Source: a virus
Taxonomy: Duplodnaviria; Caudoviricetes
Length of the DNA stretch: 52,218 nucleotides
Virus record (IMG/VR): IMGVR_UViG_3300025846_000001
Location: 1-52,218 of that record
Strand: one strand, 5' to 3'
Both the position numbers and the translations under genes were made by a program. This document shows, in pieces, positions 1 to 7,781 of the stretch (position 1 is the first letter of the stretch; each line of letters starts with the position of its first letter). Below the pieces are notes generated by a model. The model worked only from the letters and a program-made list of their open reading frames with translations, was not told where the DNA came from and did no database searches.

Positions 1-127
1 AGAAATAAATTGTCTATGACCTTCAGTTCTTTTGACTTGCTCCCATCCAAGCTCTATAAGCAAGTCATTACCCCTCGACCATCCGCCCCACGAACCACAT
101 GCCCAATCATGCCCCTTATACTCTACT
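1..127. repeat. Direct terminal overlap, identical to 52092-52218 (circular assembly)
   Basis: The first 127 nt (agaaataaat...ctctact) recur exactly at 52092-52218. Confidence 0.97.
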
Positions 128-273
128 GCTGTATCATACTTAATTCTATCTGCATTAGATAATTTATTTCTTTCTTCTTCTGTAAGCTCCCATGTATTTT
201 TAACACTATCATTAGGCAACTGTAATTGATTATTAAGGATGTCCTTAAAAATTGGATGTAAATTATCATTCAT
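1..273 (-). CDS. Hypothetical protein (101 aa) spanning the circular junction, ending at TAA 52059-52061
   Basis: ATG at 273 in an AACCATGAA context; 91 open codons to base 1, then continues in frame from 52091 (LVKPKNIRIK*). Not in the ORF track. Confidence 0.75.
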   Translation of the reverse strand, partial: MNDNLHPIFKDILNNQLQLPNDSVKNTWELTEEERNKLSNADRIKYDTAVEYKGHDWACGSWGGWSRGNDLLIELGWEQVKRTEGHRQFIS

Positions 274-292
274 GGTTAAATTTATTACTGGT

Positions 293-526
293 TTATTTTA
301 AATGCGAAGGCTTGACCATCGCTAAAATTCCGTCAAAATGATGGTTGACTGTTCCTTTTGATTGGTTTAATATTTCTTCTTCCAATTGAGCGTAATAATC
401 ACATTCACACTCCTCAATAAGTTCCATGCATTTCGGACAAAGCTCATCTTCCTTATCTTCTTCCGTATTTCGGAAATCGTAATCGGAATAAGGATCACGC
501 ATTTGGTGTAAATAAATTGTACTCAT
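293..526 (-). CDS. Small acidic hypothetical protein with CxxC...CxC motif
   Basis: CPKC...CEC; start overlaps the upstream stop. Confidence 0.6.
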   Translation of the reverse strand: MSTIYLHQMRDPYSDYDFRNTEEDKEDELCPKCMELIEECECDYYAQLEEEILNQSKGTVNHHFDGILAMVKPSHLK

Positions 527-1065
527 AAGTTAATATTTACCGGCATTATAATACCAACAGCATCTTCATAATCGGAATGCGGTGAAGTCACATAAATAGC
601 ATGACTTCGATCAAAGAAATTCAGATGTAATACTGGAATATCACATCCTAATCCATCTGAAAGTCTGTCGAGTAAATTTGAATTTATTCCTACTTTATCA
701 AGTGGCTTTATATCCTTAATGTCAGGTATTATCTTATTCGCATCAGGATAAGCGCGATCAATATAAAGTTTATAGCTTATAATAGATCCATCCAATCGGT
801 GCAATTGGATTTGTTTTTTATCGTCAGTAAGTGATATTTTTACAGTCGCTTTTTCACAAATTAACTTTACTGCTTTTTTGTGAACCATTATTGAATGGGC
901 GGGTAATGAAGCAATAAAATTCTTTTCAAATATTTCAGATGTCATGTGCCTCACTAAAATATGCCCATCAGAAGCAAATGTAAACTCTTTGTCAATACAG
1001 ATATGTTCCATATTGGGACGTAATTCGTCTGCTGCACAAACTAAATGTAATTTTGGAAATTTCAT
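523..1065 (-). CDS. DNA polymerase III beta-clamp-like protein (partial clamp fold)
   Basis: DELRP...ASDGHIL resembles the clamp central-domain R-P...ATDGHRL motif, followed by YPD..KIIP; only 180 aa. Confidence 0.5.
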   Translation of the reverse strand: MKFPKLHLVCAADELRPNMEHICIDKEFTFASDGHILVRHMTSEIFEKNFIASLPAHSIMVHKKAVKLICEKATVKISLTDDKKQIQLHRLDGSIISYKLYIDRAYPDANKIIPDIKDIKPLDKVGINSNLLDRLSDGLGCDIPVLHLNFFDRSHAIYVTSPHSDYEDAVGIIMPVNINL

Positions 1066-1173
1066 GGTTTTATAGTTTTAGTTTAAGCAAATCATTTTTA
1101 TCAAAGGATGAATTGCATACCCAACGAGGTGTTCATCGTACGGTTCTGTTTGTAATTGAAATACTTCCATGGC

Positions 1174-1884
1174 TTAATTATATTCTTGCGCTTCAAGTTT
1201 CGTAATAAAGGCATGAATGCCATGCGAACACTCAATAAGAGGGGAAGGATCAAAGGAATCAGGAGTGACTACCTCGCCGGTCTTATAAATAAAAACAGAG
1301 TTATAGGTGCCTAATCCTTTTTTTACTTTCTTTTTACCATCATAAATTGCAATTACTTGAGCAAATTCAAATCTACATTTACGGCTTCCGATAGCATTTA
1401 CTCTTTTTGCTTTTGTAGGAATAAGAAGTTTTGCTATTAAATTACCTTGCAGTTTTTTCCATACTATTAAATCACCTTCTGGAGTTATTGAATTTAAGGA
1501 TGCTATTCTTTCTAAATTCGCTCTGGATAAATCCGCTCTGGATAAATCCGCTCTGTATAAATCCGCTCCGTATAAATTCGCTCTGGATAAATTCGCTCCG
1601 GATAAATTCGCTCCGGATAAATCCGCTCCGGATAAATTCGCTCTGGATAAATCCGCTCTGTATAAATCCGCTCCGTATAAATCCGCTCCGGATAAATCCG
1701 CTCTGGATAAATCCGCTCCGGATAAATCCGCTCCGTATAAATTCGCTCTGGATAAATCCGCTCCGGATAAATCCGCTCCGTATTTCAAAGCTTCTAAAAC
1801 AGTTTCTTTTATTGAGTTATCTTCCTTTTCAAACTCAAAAAGAAGTTTGCCGAAAATTGATTTAATTTGAATAGTTGTTTTCAT
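1174..1884 (-). CDS. Pentapeptide-repeat protein with a conserved phage C-terminal domain (DUF5758-like)
   Basis: About 18 A(D/N)L(S/Y)(G/R) repeats; C-terminal RKCR...ECSHGIH motif. Confidence 0.9.
   Translation of the reverse strand: MKTTIQIKSIFGKLLFEFEKEDNSIKETVLEALKYGADLSGADLSRANLYGADLSGADLSRADLSGADLYGADLYRADLSRANLSGADLSGANLSGANLSRANLYGADLYRADLSRADLSRANLERIASLNSITPEGDLIVWKKLQGNLIAKLLIPTKAKRVNAIGSRKCRFEFAQVIAIYDGKKKVKKGLGTYNSVFIYKTGEVVTPDSFDPSPLIECSHGIHAFITKLEAQEYN
1516..1785. repeat. Coding 15-bp tandem repeat (pentapeptide repeats)
   Basis: Units of aaat(c/t)cgctc(c/t)g(g/t)at. Confidence 0.95.
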
Positions 1885-1904
1885 TTTGGTTTAGTTTATA
1901 TGGC

Positions 1905-2090
1905 TTAATTTTTTGATAACATTTCATATTCGCGGTGCAATCCTACTGAGAATAATTCAGATGCAACCTCTGACTTGGTTTTGTAAACACCTACACTTTC
2001 AAGGTTTATCATGTATTGTTTTAGTAATAAATTATCTTCCATCGAGAAGATTATTACCGTGCTGACTTTCTCTTTTTTCTTTTTTGCCAT
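1905..2090 (-). CDS. Small hypothetical protein, possibly ribbon-helix-helix-like DNA binding
   Basis: 61 aa; basic N-terminus, short strand then helices (TKSEVASELF). Confidence 0.45.
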   Translation of the reverse strand: MAKKKKEKVSTVIIFSMEDNLLLKQYMINLESVGVYKTKSEVASELFSVGLHREYEMLSKN

Positions 2091-2094
2091 GATT

Positions 2095-2187
2095 TTAAAA
2101 TTTAAAGATTGCTTTCAAAAATGAGCGAAGTAATATTATCAGCATCACTGCGACAAAAATTACTGGTATTAAGTATAAATGATTCAT
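2095..2187 (-). CDS. 30-aa single-TM hydrophobic peptide
   Basis: MNHLYLIPVIFVAVMLIILLRSFLKAIFKF; first ORF after the promoter at 2211; AAAAACCATG start context. Confidence 0.55.
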   Translation of the reverse strand: MNHLYLIPVIFVAVMLIILLRSFLKAIFKF

Positions 2188-2210
2188 GGTTTTTGGTTTT
2201 TATTACTCAA

Positions 2211-2218
2211 CAAAGATA
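2211..2218 (-). promoter_or_regulatory. Bacteroidota-type -7 promoter element (TATCTTTG)
   Basis: Matches TAnnTTTG in AT-rich intergenic DNA upstream of the 2187-to-1 operon. Confidence 0.65.
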
Positions 2219-2307
2219 TATAATATTTTTAATATTAATCATATTTTAGTAACTATTTTCACCTCGAACGCTAATTTATATTGATTCTAACTTATATTAC
2301 TCTTTAA

Positions 2308-2495
2308 GATATAGCACCTCTATTCGGTAATTCTTATGAATATCCGCTTTGTTATTTAAACACTCAGGAAAGAAGACAGCCCCATCGTTAAGGGTTGGAT
2401 TGAACTTTTAAAGTATTACCGACCAAATTGTGAGTTTGCGCACGTTGTTTGGATTTGTTTATCGTTACCAAGCCTTCTCATCCTGCTCTGTTTTT
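2308..2495 (-). ncRNA. Putative structured ncRNA, copy A (homologous to 51663-51851)
   Basis: Colinear conserved blocks with copy B plus compensatory helices, e.g. UCGGUAAU/AUUACCGA versus UCGGACAU/AUGUCCGA. Confidence 0.75.
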
Positions 2496-2543
2496 GTTTT
2501 ACATTCGATATAATCAATACCGGCTAAACTGTGTCAAAATAGC

Positions 2544-3074
2544 CTATTTTAAAAACATATCATAAGGATCAAATCTGTAAATATTAACTTTCCTTTTACT
2601 TGTTTGAATCCATGTATTTTTGTGACTTATTCCGAATCTTTGATTTATTTTTACCCATCCCATTGTTTGCCAAAATAAGTTACTTGGTAAATCATCTGCA
2701 CAACCACAGGAAAATGAATGAGTATAGATAGTTTTTGCATATTCAATTACGCTATCCAAAAGTAATTTACCCCTTAACATTAATCTTGCATCTATCTGTA
2801 AGCATATTTGCGCTATTTTGCCATATTTCCAAACCGCATTATATTGACCAAATGAAGCTAAAACAAATCCGACCAAATCACCATTACAATCACAAACCCA
2901 AATCTTATCATTACAAGTATCTGACCACCTATCCCCTTTTTTAATTCCTGTTATAGCAGATTCATAAGCCATTTTGGGAATAAAACCAATTGATTGTGAT
3001 TCCTTTTTTGAAAGACTAACAATATAAGGTAAATCTTTAATTTCAGCAAAACGGACAATTCCGATTTCAATCAT
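2544..3074 (-). CDS. GNAT-family acetyltransferase
   Basis: LVGFVL strand, IAQICLQIDARLMLRGKLLL (motif A-like), SNLFWQTMGW (motif B). Confidence 0.75.
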   Translation of the reverse strand: MIEIGIVRFAEIKDLPYIVSLSKKESQSIGFIPKMAYESAITGIKKGDRWSDTCNDKIWVCDCNGDLVGFVLASFGQYNAVWKYGKIAQICLQIDARLMLRGKLLLDSVIEYAKTIYTHSFSCGCADDLPSNLFWQTMGWVKINQRFGISHKNTWIQTSKRKVNIYRFDPYDMFLK

Positions 3075-3292
3075 TTATTTTGACTTAAATATTCACTAAG
3101 TACATCAAAAAGAAGTAAATGAGGGCTTTTATCTGCAAATTTAACAAATTTCAAAAGTTCCCTCCGATTATCCTGAATAACACATTCTTCCACTATCTTA
3201 TGTGCCATAACTTCAGGGATTGAACCACTATTTATTATTTCACAAATTTGCTTTTCTACCTCTATTGCACTCTCCTGTTTTTTAATTTTCAT
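3071..3292 (-). CDS. Hypothetical protein
   Basis: 73 aa; ATGA overlaps with neighbours. Confidence 0.6.
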   Translation of the reverse strand: MKIKKQESAIEVEKQICEIINSGSIPEVMAHKIVEECVIQDNRRELLKFVKFADKSPHLLLFDVLSEYLSQNK

Positions 3293-3477
3293 AATTTCTC
3301 TTTCTTAAATCTTTTATTTATTTCATTTGTTTTATCTTCCATTACAGATATTAAACTTGAATACATAGCTATTGCTAATATCTCAGGTTTTCCAACCAAG
3401 TATTCATCCTTCCATAGTAATACTGCCTCTGATAATTTTAATTTTATTTCTTCTGATAATTCAATCTTTGTTTTCAT
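3289..3477 (-). CDS. Hypothetical protein
   Basis: 62 aa; coupled to neighbours. Confidence 0.6.
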   Translation of the reverse strand: MKTKIELSEEIKLKLSEAVLLWKDEYLVGKPEILAIAMYSSLISVMEDKTNEINKRFKKEKL

Positions 3478-3611
3478 CTATCTATGTTTTTAATTCTTTT
3501 AATCCTATTATCTCTCCTAATCACAGATATCCATTGTAACACCTGAATAATATCAATCTGTTCGTAACCTTGTTTTTCTAAGTCTTTTAATCTTTTTTCA
3601 AGTTCATTCAT
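3474..3611 (-). CDS. Hypothetical protein (45 aa)
   Basis: MNELEKRLKDLEKQGYEQID...; stop overlaps the ATG at 3477; follows leader L1. Confidence 0.6.
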   Translation of the reverse strand: MNELEKRLKDLEKQGYEQIDIIQVLQWISVIRRDNRIKRIKNIDR

Positions 3612-3625
3612 ATCTATAAAAATTT

Positions 3626-3742
3626 AAAACCCCCGGAAGCCTGGTGAGACTGGAGCGGGGGTCTTAGGTTAACCTTAATATCTTTATGTTTTTGCCTCAC
3701 CAAGCAGATACAAAATTAAAACATATTAATTTAATAAACAAA
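3626..3742 (-). promoter_or_regulatory. Promoter (TTTG-N20-TAATTTTG) plus pseudoknot leader L1
   Basis: -33 at 3739-3742, -7 at 3711-3718. The 5' segment 3694-3705 pairs (12 bp, 2 G-U) with 3639-3650 in the loop of hairpin 3656-3662/3629-3635, which is followed by Us. Confidence 0.75.
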
Positions 3743-3760
3743 TTTATTTTAATAAATAAT

Positions 3761-3790
3761 AAAAAAGCAGGGAGAAACTACGCTCCCTGC
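3761..3790 (-). terminator. Intrinsic terminator after the lysis cassette
   Basis: GCAGGGAG/CTCCCTGC stem followed by U6. Confidence 0.85.
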
Positions 3791-3824
3791 CAAACCTAAC
3801 TACCATGAAAAAAACCAAGAAAAC

Positions 3825-4289
3825 CTATATTTTCGGCTTAAACATCTTATAAACTTTTATCCCGAACCAGGCAAAAGCCCCGGCAAAGATTAAGATACAA
3901 ATCATTAATGCACTTTTATAAATGCCCGGTACAAATTTAACCGGTTGGGTAACGATAACTTCTTTAACCTTTGTCACCGTTTCAGTAACAGTAACTTTTA
4001 CCGTGTCCGGTTTAACGATCGTATTTGAAATAAGTTTCCCCTTAAGGATACTTATCTGCTGTTTTAATTTACTATTTTCAAAACTTGCCACATCCTGATC
4101 GGGACAATTAATAGGTGCTATTATATTGATCGTGTCACCCGGGATATAAATCGGCACTTCTTTGACCTTCTCTATATACACAGAGTCGATTGTCGTTGTC
4201 GGAGGAAATTTAAGTAAGCATTTACGCTGCGTTACACAAGATAGCGCAAATACGCTTAAAAGGGCAAATAAAAGGATTTTAGTTTTCAT
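3825..4289 (-). CDS. Putative unimolecular spanin (lipoprotein with C-terminal TM helix)
   Basis: Lipobox-like FALS|C, C-terminal hydrophobic helix; directly after the endolysin. Confidence 0.7.
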   Translation of the reverse strand: MKTKILLFALLSVFALSCVTQRKCLLKFPPTTTIDSVYIEKVKEVPIYIPGDTINIIAPINCPDQDVASFENSKLKQQISILKGKLISNTIVKPDTVKVTVTETVTKVKEVIVTQPVKFVPGIYKSALMICILIFAGAFAWFGIKVYKMFKPKI

Positions 4290-4291
4290 AA

Positions 4292-4807
4292 TTATGAGAA
4301 TTTAGTATTATCTATTCGATTTAACCACCCGGCCAGAAACACTTCTAAGTTTGGATTTCTTCTTGCAATTGTAAAATAGTATTTCTTTCTTTCCTGCTTG
4401 TATGTATCAACTATTGAAGGAAAGTTATTAATTGCCTTAATAGTTTGTGGTCCTACTATTCCGTCCGCAGTGACATTAATAAGCCTTTGAACCATCTTAA
4501 TAGCTGTTTTTATCCCGGCATTAACCCCCATATCGAATAAGTGAAGTATTAAATCTTCATTATGGATCCCAAGAAGATTCATTTTATTCCAATAATCTTC
4601 GTGATAGATTTCTATTGCATGGTTTTTGGTTAAATTCTTAATATCCAAATCGGGATAGGACTTCTTGGAAATACCAAAATTTGTTTCCTCGCCTGTATCG
4701 TGAGGATGATTTATATATCCGCCTTCATTTTTCAGAATGACGTCGATACACTTCATAAAAATATAAACGGTACTGAATTGGCTCATTTCTTTAAATTTTA
4801 ATCCCAA
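4292..4807 (-). CDS. Endolysin, GH108 with peptidoglycan-binding domain (true start probably at MSQF or later)
   Basis: EGGY.NHP.D.G..TNFGI, FDMGVNAG, DGIVGPQT and GWLNR motifs. Confidence 0.9.
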   Translation of the reverse strand: MGLKFKEMSQFSTVYIFMKCIDVILKNEGGYINHPHDTGEETNFGISKKSYPDLDIKNLTKNHAIEIYHEDYWNKMNLLGIHNEDLILHLFDMGVNAGIKTAIKMVQRLINVTADGIVGPQTIKAINNFPSIVDTYKQERKKYYFTIARRNPNLEVFLAGWLNRIDNTKFS

Positions 4808-5264
4808 ATAAGTGATACAGTATAATCGATAAGAGTATTACCACAATTGATACTCCTACTGTGATTATTGTAGCCTGCCTTGTCTTTGAAGTTTCTAATG
4901 CAAAAATACGGGTTTCGTGATCTGCTATTTTAGCAGAAGTACCGTCTTTAATATCCTTTATATCATCCTTTAACCCTGTCATTTTTGTTTCTAACCGGAT
5001 TAATAGATCGTGATCATTGCCTCCAAGGGCAGTACTTACCTTTAGTGCGGCAGCAGCATTATTAGCCACAACATCAGTTGCCTTTAGTGCATCATTAGCT
5101 ATCTTGTCCGATGCCAGGTCAGCAGCTTTTAAAATCTTAACAATTGCATTATCGGAGGATGCGGTTATCTTTTCGGATGCCCTATCTACTGCAATAGCTA
5201 ATATTTTCATTGCCTTTTCAGCAGGACTTAGATTTTCCTTCGATATATTTGTTTTTAAAGCCAT
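4791..5264 (-). CDS. Coiled-coil protein with C-terminal TM helix (lysis-associated)
   Basis: Ala-rich helices and a C-terminal hydrophobic stretch; lies between the holin candidate and endolysin. Confidence 0.55.
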   Translation of the reverse strand: MALKTNISKENLSPAEKAMKILAIAVDRASEKITASSDNAIVKILKAADLASDKIANDALKATDVVANNAAAALKVSTALGGNDHDLLIRLETKMTGLKDDIKDIKDGTSAKIADHETRIFALETSKTRQATIITVGVSIVVILLSIILYHLFGIKI

Positions 5265-5272
5265 AACCCTAT

Positions 5273-5515
5273 TTATTTTGTTTCGACTGTATTAACTGAA
5301 GAAGTTACATTATTATCAATACTTGTGCTATCCGTTGTTATGGTTGTATTTTTTGTCGGGTTACTACTTCTGATAGTTTCTCCTGTTATGTATATACCGC
5401 AAATTATCGAAATAGCAGTGGCAAGTTCCATAGGTTTATAATCTGTAAGAAATATCCCAGATTCAAACATTCCGACTGCAATTAAAAACGCTAAAAATCT
5501 TTTTGAAGTTATCAT
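5273..5515 (-). CDS. Putative holin
   Basis: 80 aa, two hydrophobic segments; first gene of the lysis cassette. Confidence 0.6.
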   Translation of the reverse strand: MITSKRFLAFLIAVGMFESGIFLTDYKPMELATAISIICGIYITGETIRSSNPTKNTTITTDSTSIDNNVTSSVNTVETK

Positions 5516-5580
5516 ACCTTTATTTTAATCGTTGCGTTACATACAATAGAACTCATTTAGCTATATTGAAATCATATCAA

Positions 5581-7119
5581 CTATTTTGTTGTTACTGTCC
5601 ATAATGCATTTGCACCGTCATTATTAGGAGACCTGTAAGCCGCTAATGCTGCTTTATCTATTATACCCTGTCCTGTTGGTGCCTGTGATTGCCACCATGC
5701 GCCTACATTGATAACTCTTTCGCTTCTTGGTTTTGGATAATCCTTATTTGCCACAAAGTCTGCAAGTATTTGATTTACATTAGCTGATAAGAATTTAGTA
5801 TTGCCACCTAAATAACATAAATCATGTAAATTGGTTACATTTGGGACTGTTATTGTACAGGTACTTGAAACACTAAAATACCGCAATAAGGTTAACCCAG
5901 CGATTGATCCTGAAATTGTAGCAGTGCCTGTAAGACTAACTACTAACAGAGAAGTCAATCCGGCAATAGAACCATATAGTGTATTATTTCCAGTAGGCCT
6001 AAAAACAGTCAATAAAGTAAATTTACTAATATCACCACTGATATTAGGTGCATTAGTAGAACTAATCCACTCATTCCATTCGGATATTGACGACCCTACA
6101 ATACTTAACGTAGAAGAAGATGTACACTTAATATATCTTGTTTTTGAAAGACCCCTTGTCAATACCCATGTTTGAGATTGCCCTAAAGTTCCTGCTGCAT
6201 CAGTATAAAATGATGCCCCTGCACTCAATGTTAAAGTCGTAGTAGTATTACTACGCATATTAATTTTGGCTATACCAGTACCGTCACCAGTTGGCGTAAG
6301 CACAAAATCCGATCTCTCGCCCTCAATAGGCAAATGATCAATTAAGTTTTTAATGCTATAAACTCTTACGTAATCTATATAAAACTTTTGCGGTAAAATA
6401 GCATCATCAATAGTTCCACTCCAAGCATCCTTACCAAGTGATGTCATGAGTAATAAATAAAGCGGATCAACAAATGTTCCTGCATAGGCAACAGCAGGCG
6501 CAGCTAAACTCATATAATAAACATCATCAACAAAAAGACTTATAACATTTCCTTTTCTTTCCAATCCATAAACATGATAATTTGTTGATAAGTCAATAAA
6601 AGGAGGTATTACCAAAGCCTTGTCAGTTATATTTTCCAGTGTGTCTTTCCATATTAAGGTCTGCTGAATTGTATTTGGGGCACTACTCACCCATTCCATT
6701 ATATCAATTTCGCCACACTCAGGCCACCCAACCGTGGGAAAGTCTTCTCCCATCATCCAGATTGATGGCCAGATACCTTGACCTTGAGGAAGTTTTGCTC
6801 TTACCTCAACCCTTATATCACCTGCAAAGGACGCTTTTCCTAATGTAATAATACTTGCAGAAGTATAATGTGAACCTAAATATTCTTCTTTTAGTGTTGT
6901 GATAACAAGGTTTCCATTATCCACTACTACATTTTCAGGGCGATTAGTGGAGTATTGCGTTTGGCCGGGTCTGGTAATTCCAATTTCGTAATCCCATTTA
7001 GTAGGATCAGGAGTTCCGTCTACATCAAACTCATCAGCAAAAATTAATCGTTGCGTCCAGTAACTACTCCCACCTAAATGAAACGGTATTGCTATTCTAC
7101 TTGATGATATACCAGGCAT
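5581..7119 (-). CDS. GH16 (laminarinase-like) glycoside hydrolase with C-terminal LRR-like region, probably virion-associated
   Basis: ADEF start, WPSIWMMG, catalytic GEIDIME (ExDxxE), IDYVRVY; GSIAGLT repeats; N-terminal peptide shared with 17631-18863. Confidence 0.85.
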   Translation of the reverse strand: MPGISSSRIAIPFHLGGSSYWTQRLIFADEFDVDGTPDPTKWDYEIGITRPGQTQYSTNRPENVVVDNGNLVITTLKEEYLGSHYTSASIITLGKASFAGDIRVEVRAKLPQGQGIWPSIWMMGEDFPTVGWPECGEIDIMEWVSSAPNTIQQTLIWKDTLENITDKALVIPPFIDLSTNYHVYGLERKGNVISLFVDDVYYMSLAAPAVAYAGTFVDPLYLLLMTSLGKDAWSGTIDDAILPQKFYIDYVRVYSIKNLIDHLPIEGERSDFVLTPTGDGTGIAKINMRSNTTTTLTLSAGASFYTDAAGTLGQSQTWVLTRGLSKTRYIKCTSSSTLSIVGSSISEWNEWISSTNAPNISGDISKFTLLTVFRPTGNNTLYGSIAGLTSLLVVSLTGTATISGSIAGLTLLRYFSVSSTCTITVPNVTNLHDLCYLGGNTKFLSANVNQILADFVANKDYPKPRSERVINVGAWWQSQAPTGQGIIDKAALAAYRSPNNDGANALWTVTTK

Positions 7120-7137
7120 AATTATTTTTATTAAGTT

Positions 7138-7159
7138 AAAAAGGGAGAATAACTCCCTT
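7138..7159 (-). terminator. Intrinsic terminator
   Basis: AAGGGAG-TTATT-CTCCCTT followed by Ts. Confidence 0.75.
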
Positions 7160-7172
7160 AACGACCTACTGT

Positions 7173-7769
7173 TTAATTTTTATTAATAAGATTAGTGTTT
7201 TTCATCCTTCTCAATTCCCATGCCTTTTTCATATTGTTTATATGATCCTCTGATTTGCATACTCCCTGCATAGTTTTGGATGTTTTATTTTTATGCTCTT
7301 CCGTAAGCGGCCTTAATTTTTTACCAGTTTTGCCAAGACTAATATTTTTAGCGTGTTCTTTAGTTTTACTCTTACCATTAAGAGCTTTACTAATCTTTAA
7401 ATTAGATTCTTTTGAATTAGGATTTTGAAGTTTTATCTCTCTTAATTTTTGTCTGGTTTCCTTAGAAACGCTTCTTCCTAATGAACTGCCGGCTACTTTA
7501 CAAATATTAAAATAGGGATTATAGGAATCAATAAAAAACTGTTCGTTTGCTATCAAATTCTCTTTATCACAACATATTAAAATAGAAAATAGAAGATCAT
7601 TCTTTCCGTATTTATTATAATGATTTTGAAGCCTATTGTTAGCGTGTTTGTTTTTAATCAAATCCTCTAAATGATAATTCCATCTTTTTGATATATTAAC
7701 AGCACTACCAACATAACATCTATTAGGATGTATTTTGCTTTCTATTTTATAGATACCAGTTCTTTTCAC
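7173..7769 (-). mobile_element. Free-standing GIY-YIG homing endonuclease with NUMOD3-like repeats
   Basis: GIYKI...YVGSA..ISKRW..H, EQFFID, FNI; repeats such as SKETRQKL and TEEHKNKTS. Confidence 0.9.
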
Positions 7770-7781
7770 CGTTAATATAAT

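Noticed and set aside
1-127. Biological direct terminal repeat
   Set aside because: 127 nt equals a common assembler k-mer and the repeat cuts through an ORF, so it is best read as a circular-assembly overlap.
1431-1865. 144-aa + strand ORF, or a CRISPR-like array
   Set aside because: It is the antisense shadow of the pentapeptide repeats. The 15-bp units abut with no unique spacers, and no cas genes are present.
2305-2320. Group I intron S-element-like AAGATATAG on the + strand
   Set aside because: It is not conserved in the second ncRNA copy, and the G-U pairs favour the minus strand.
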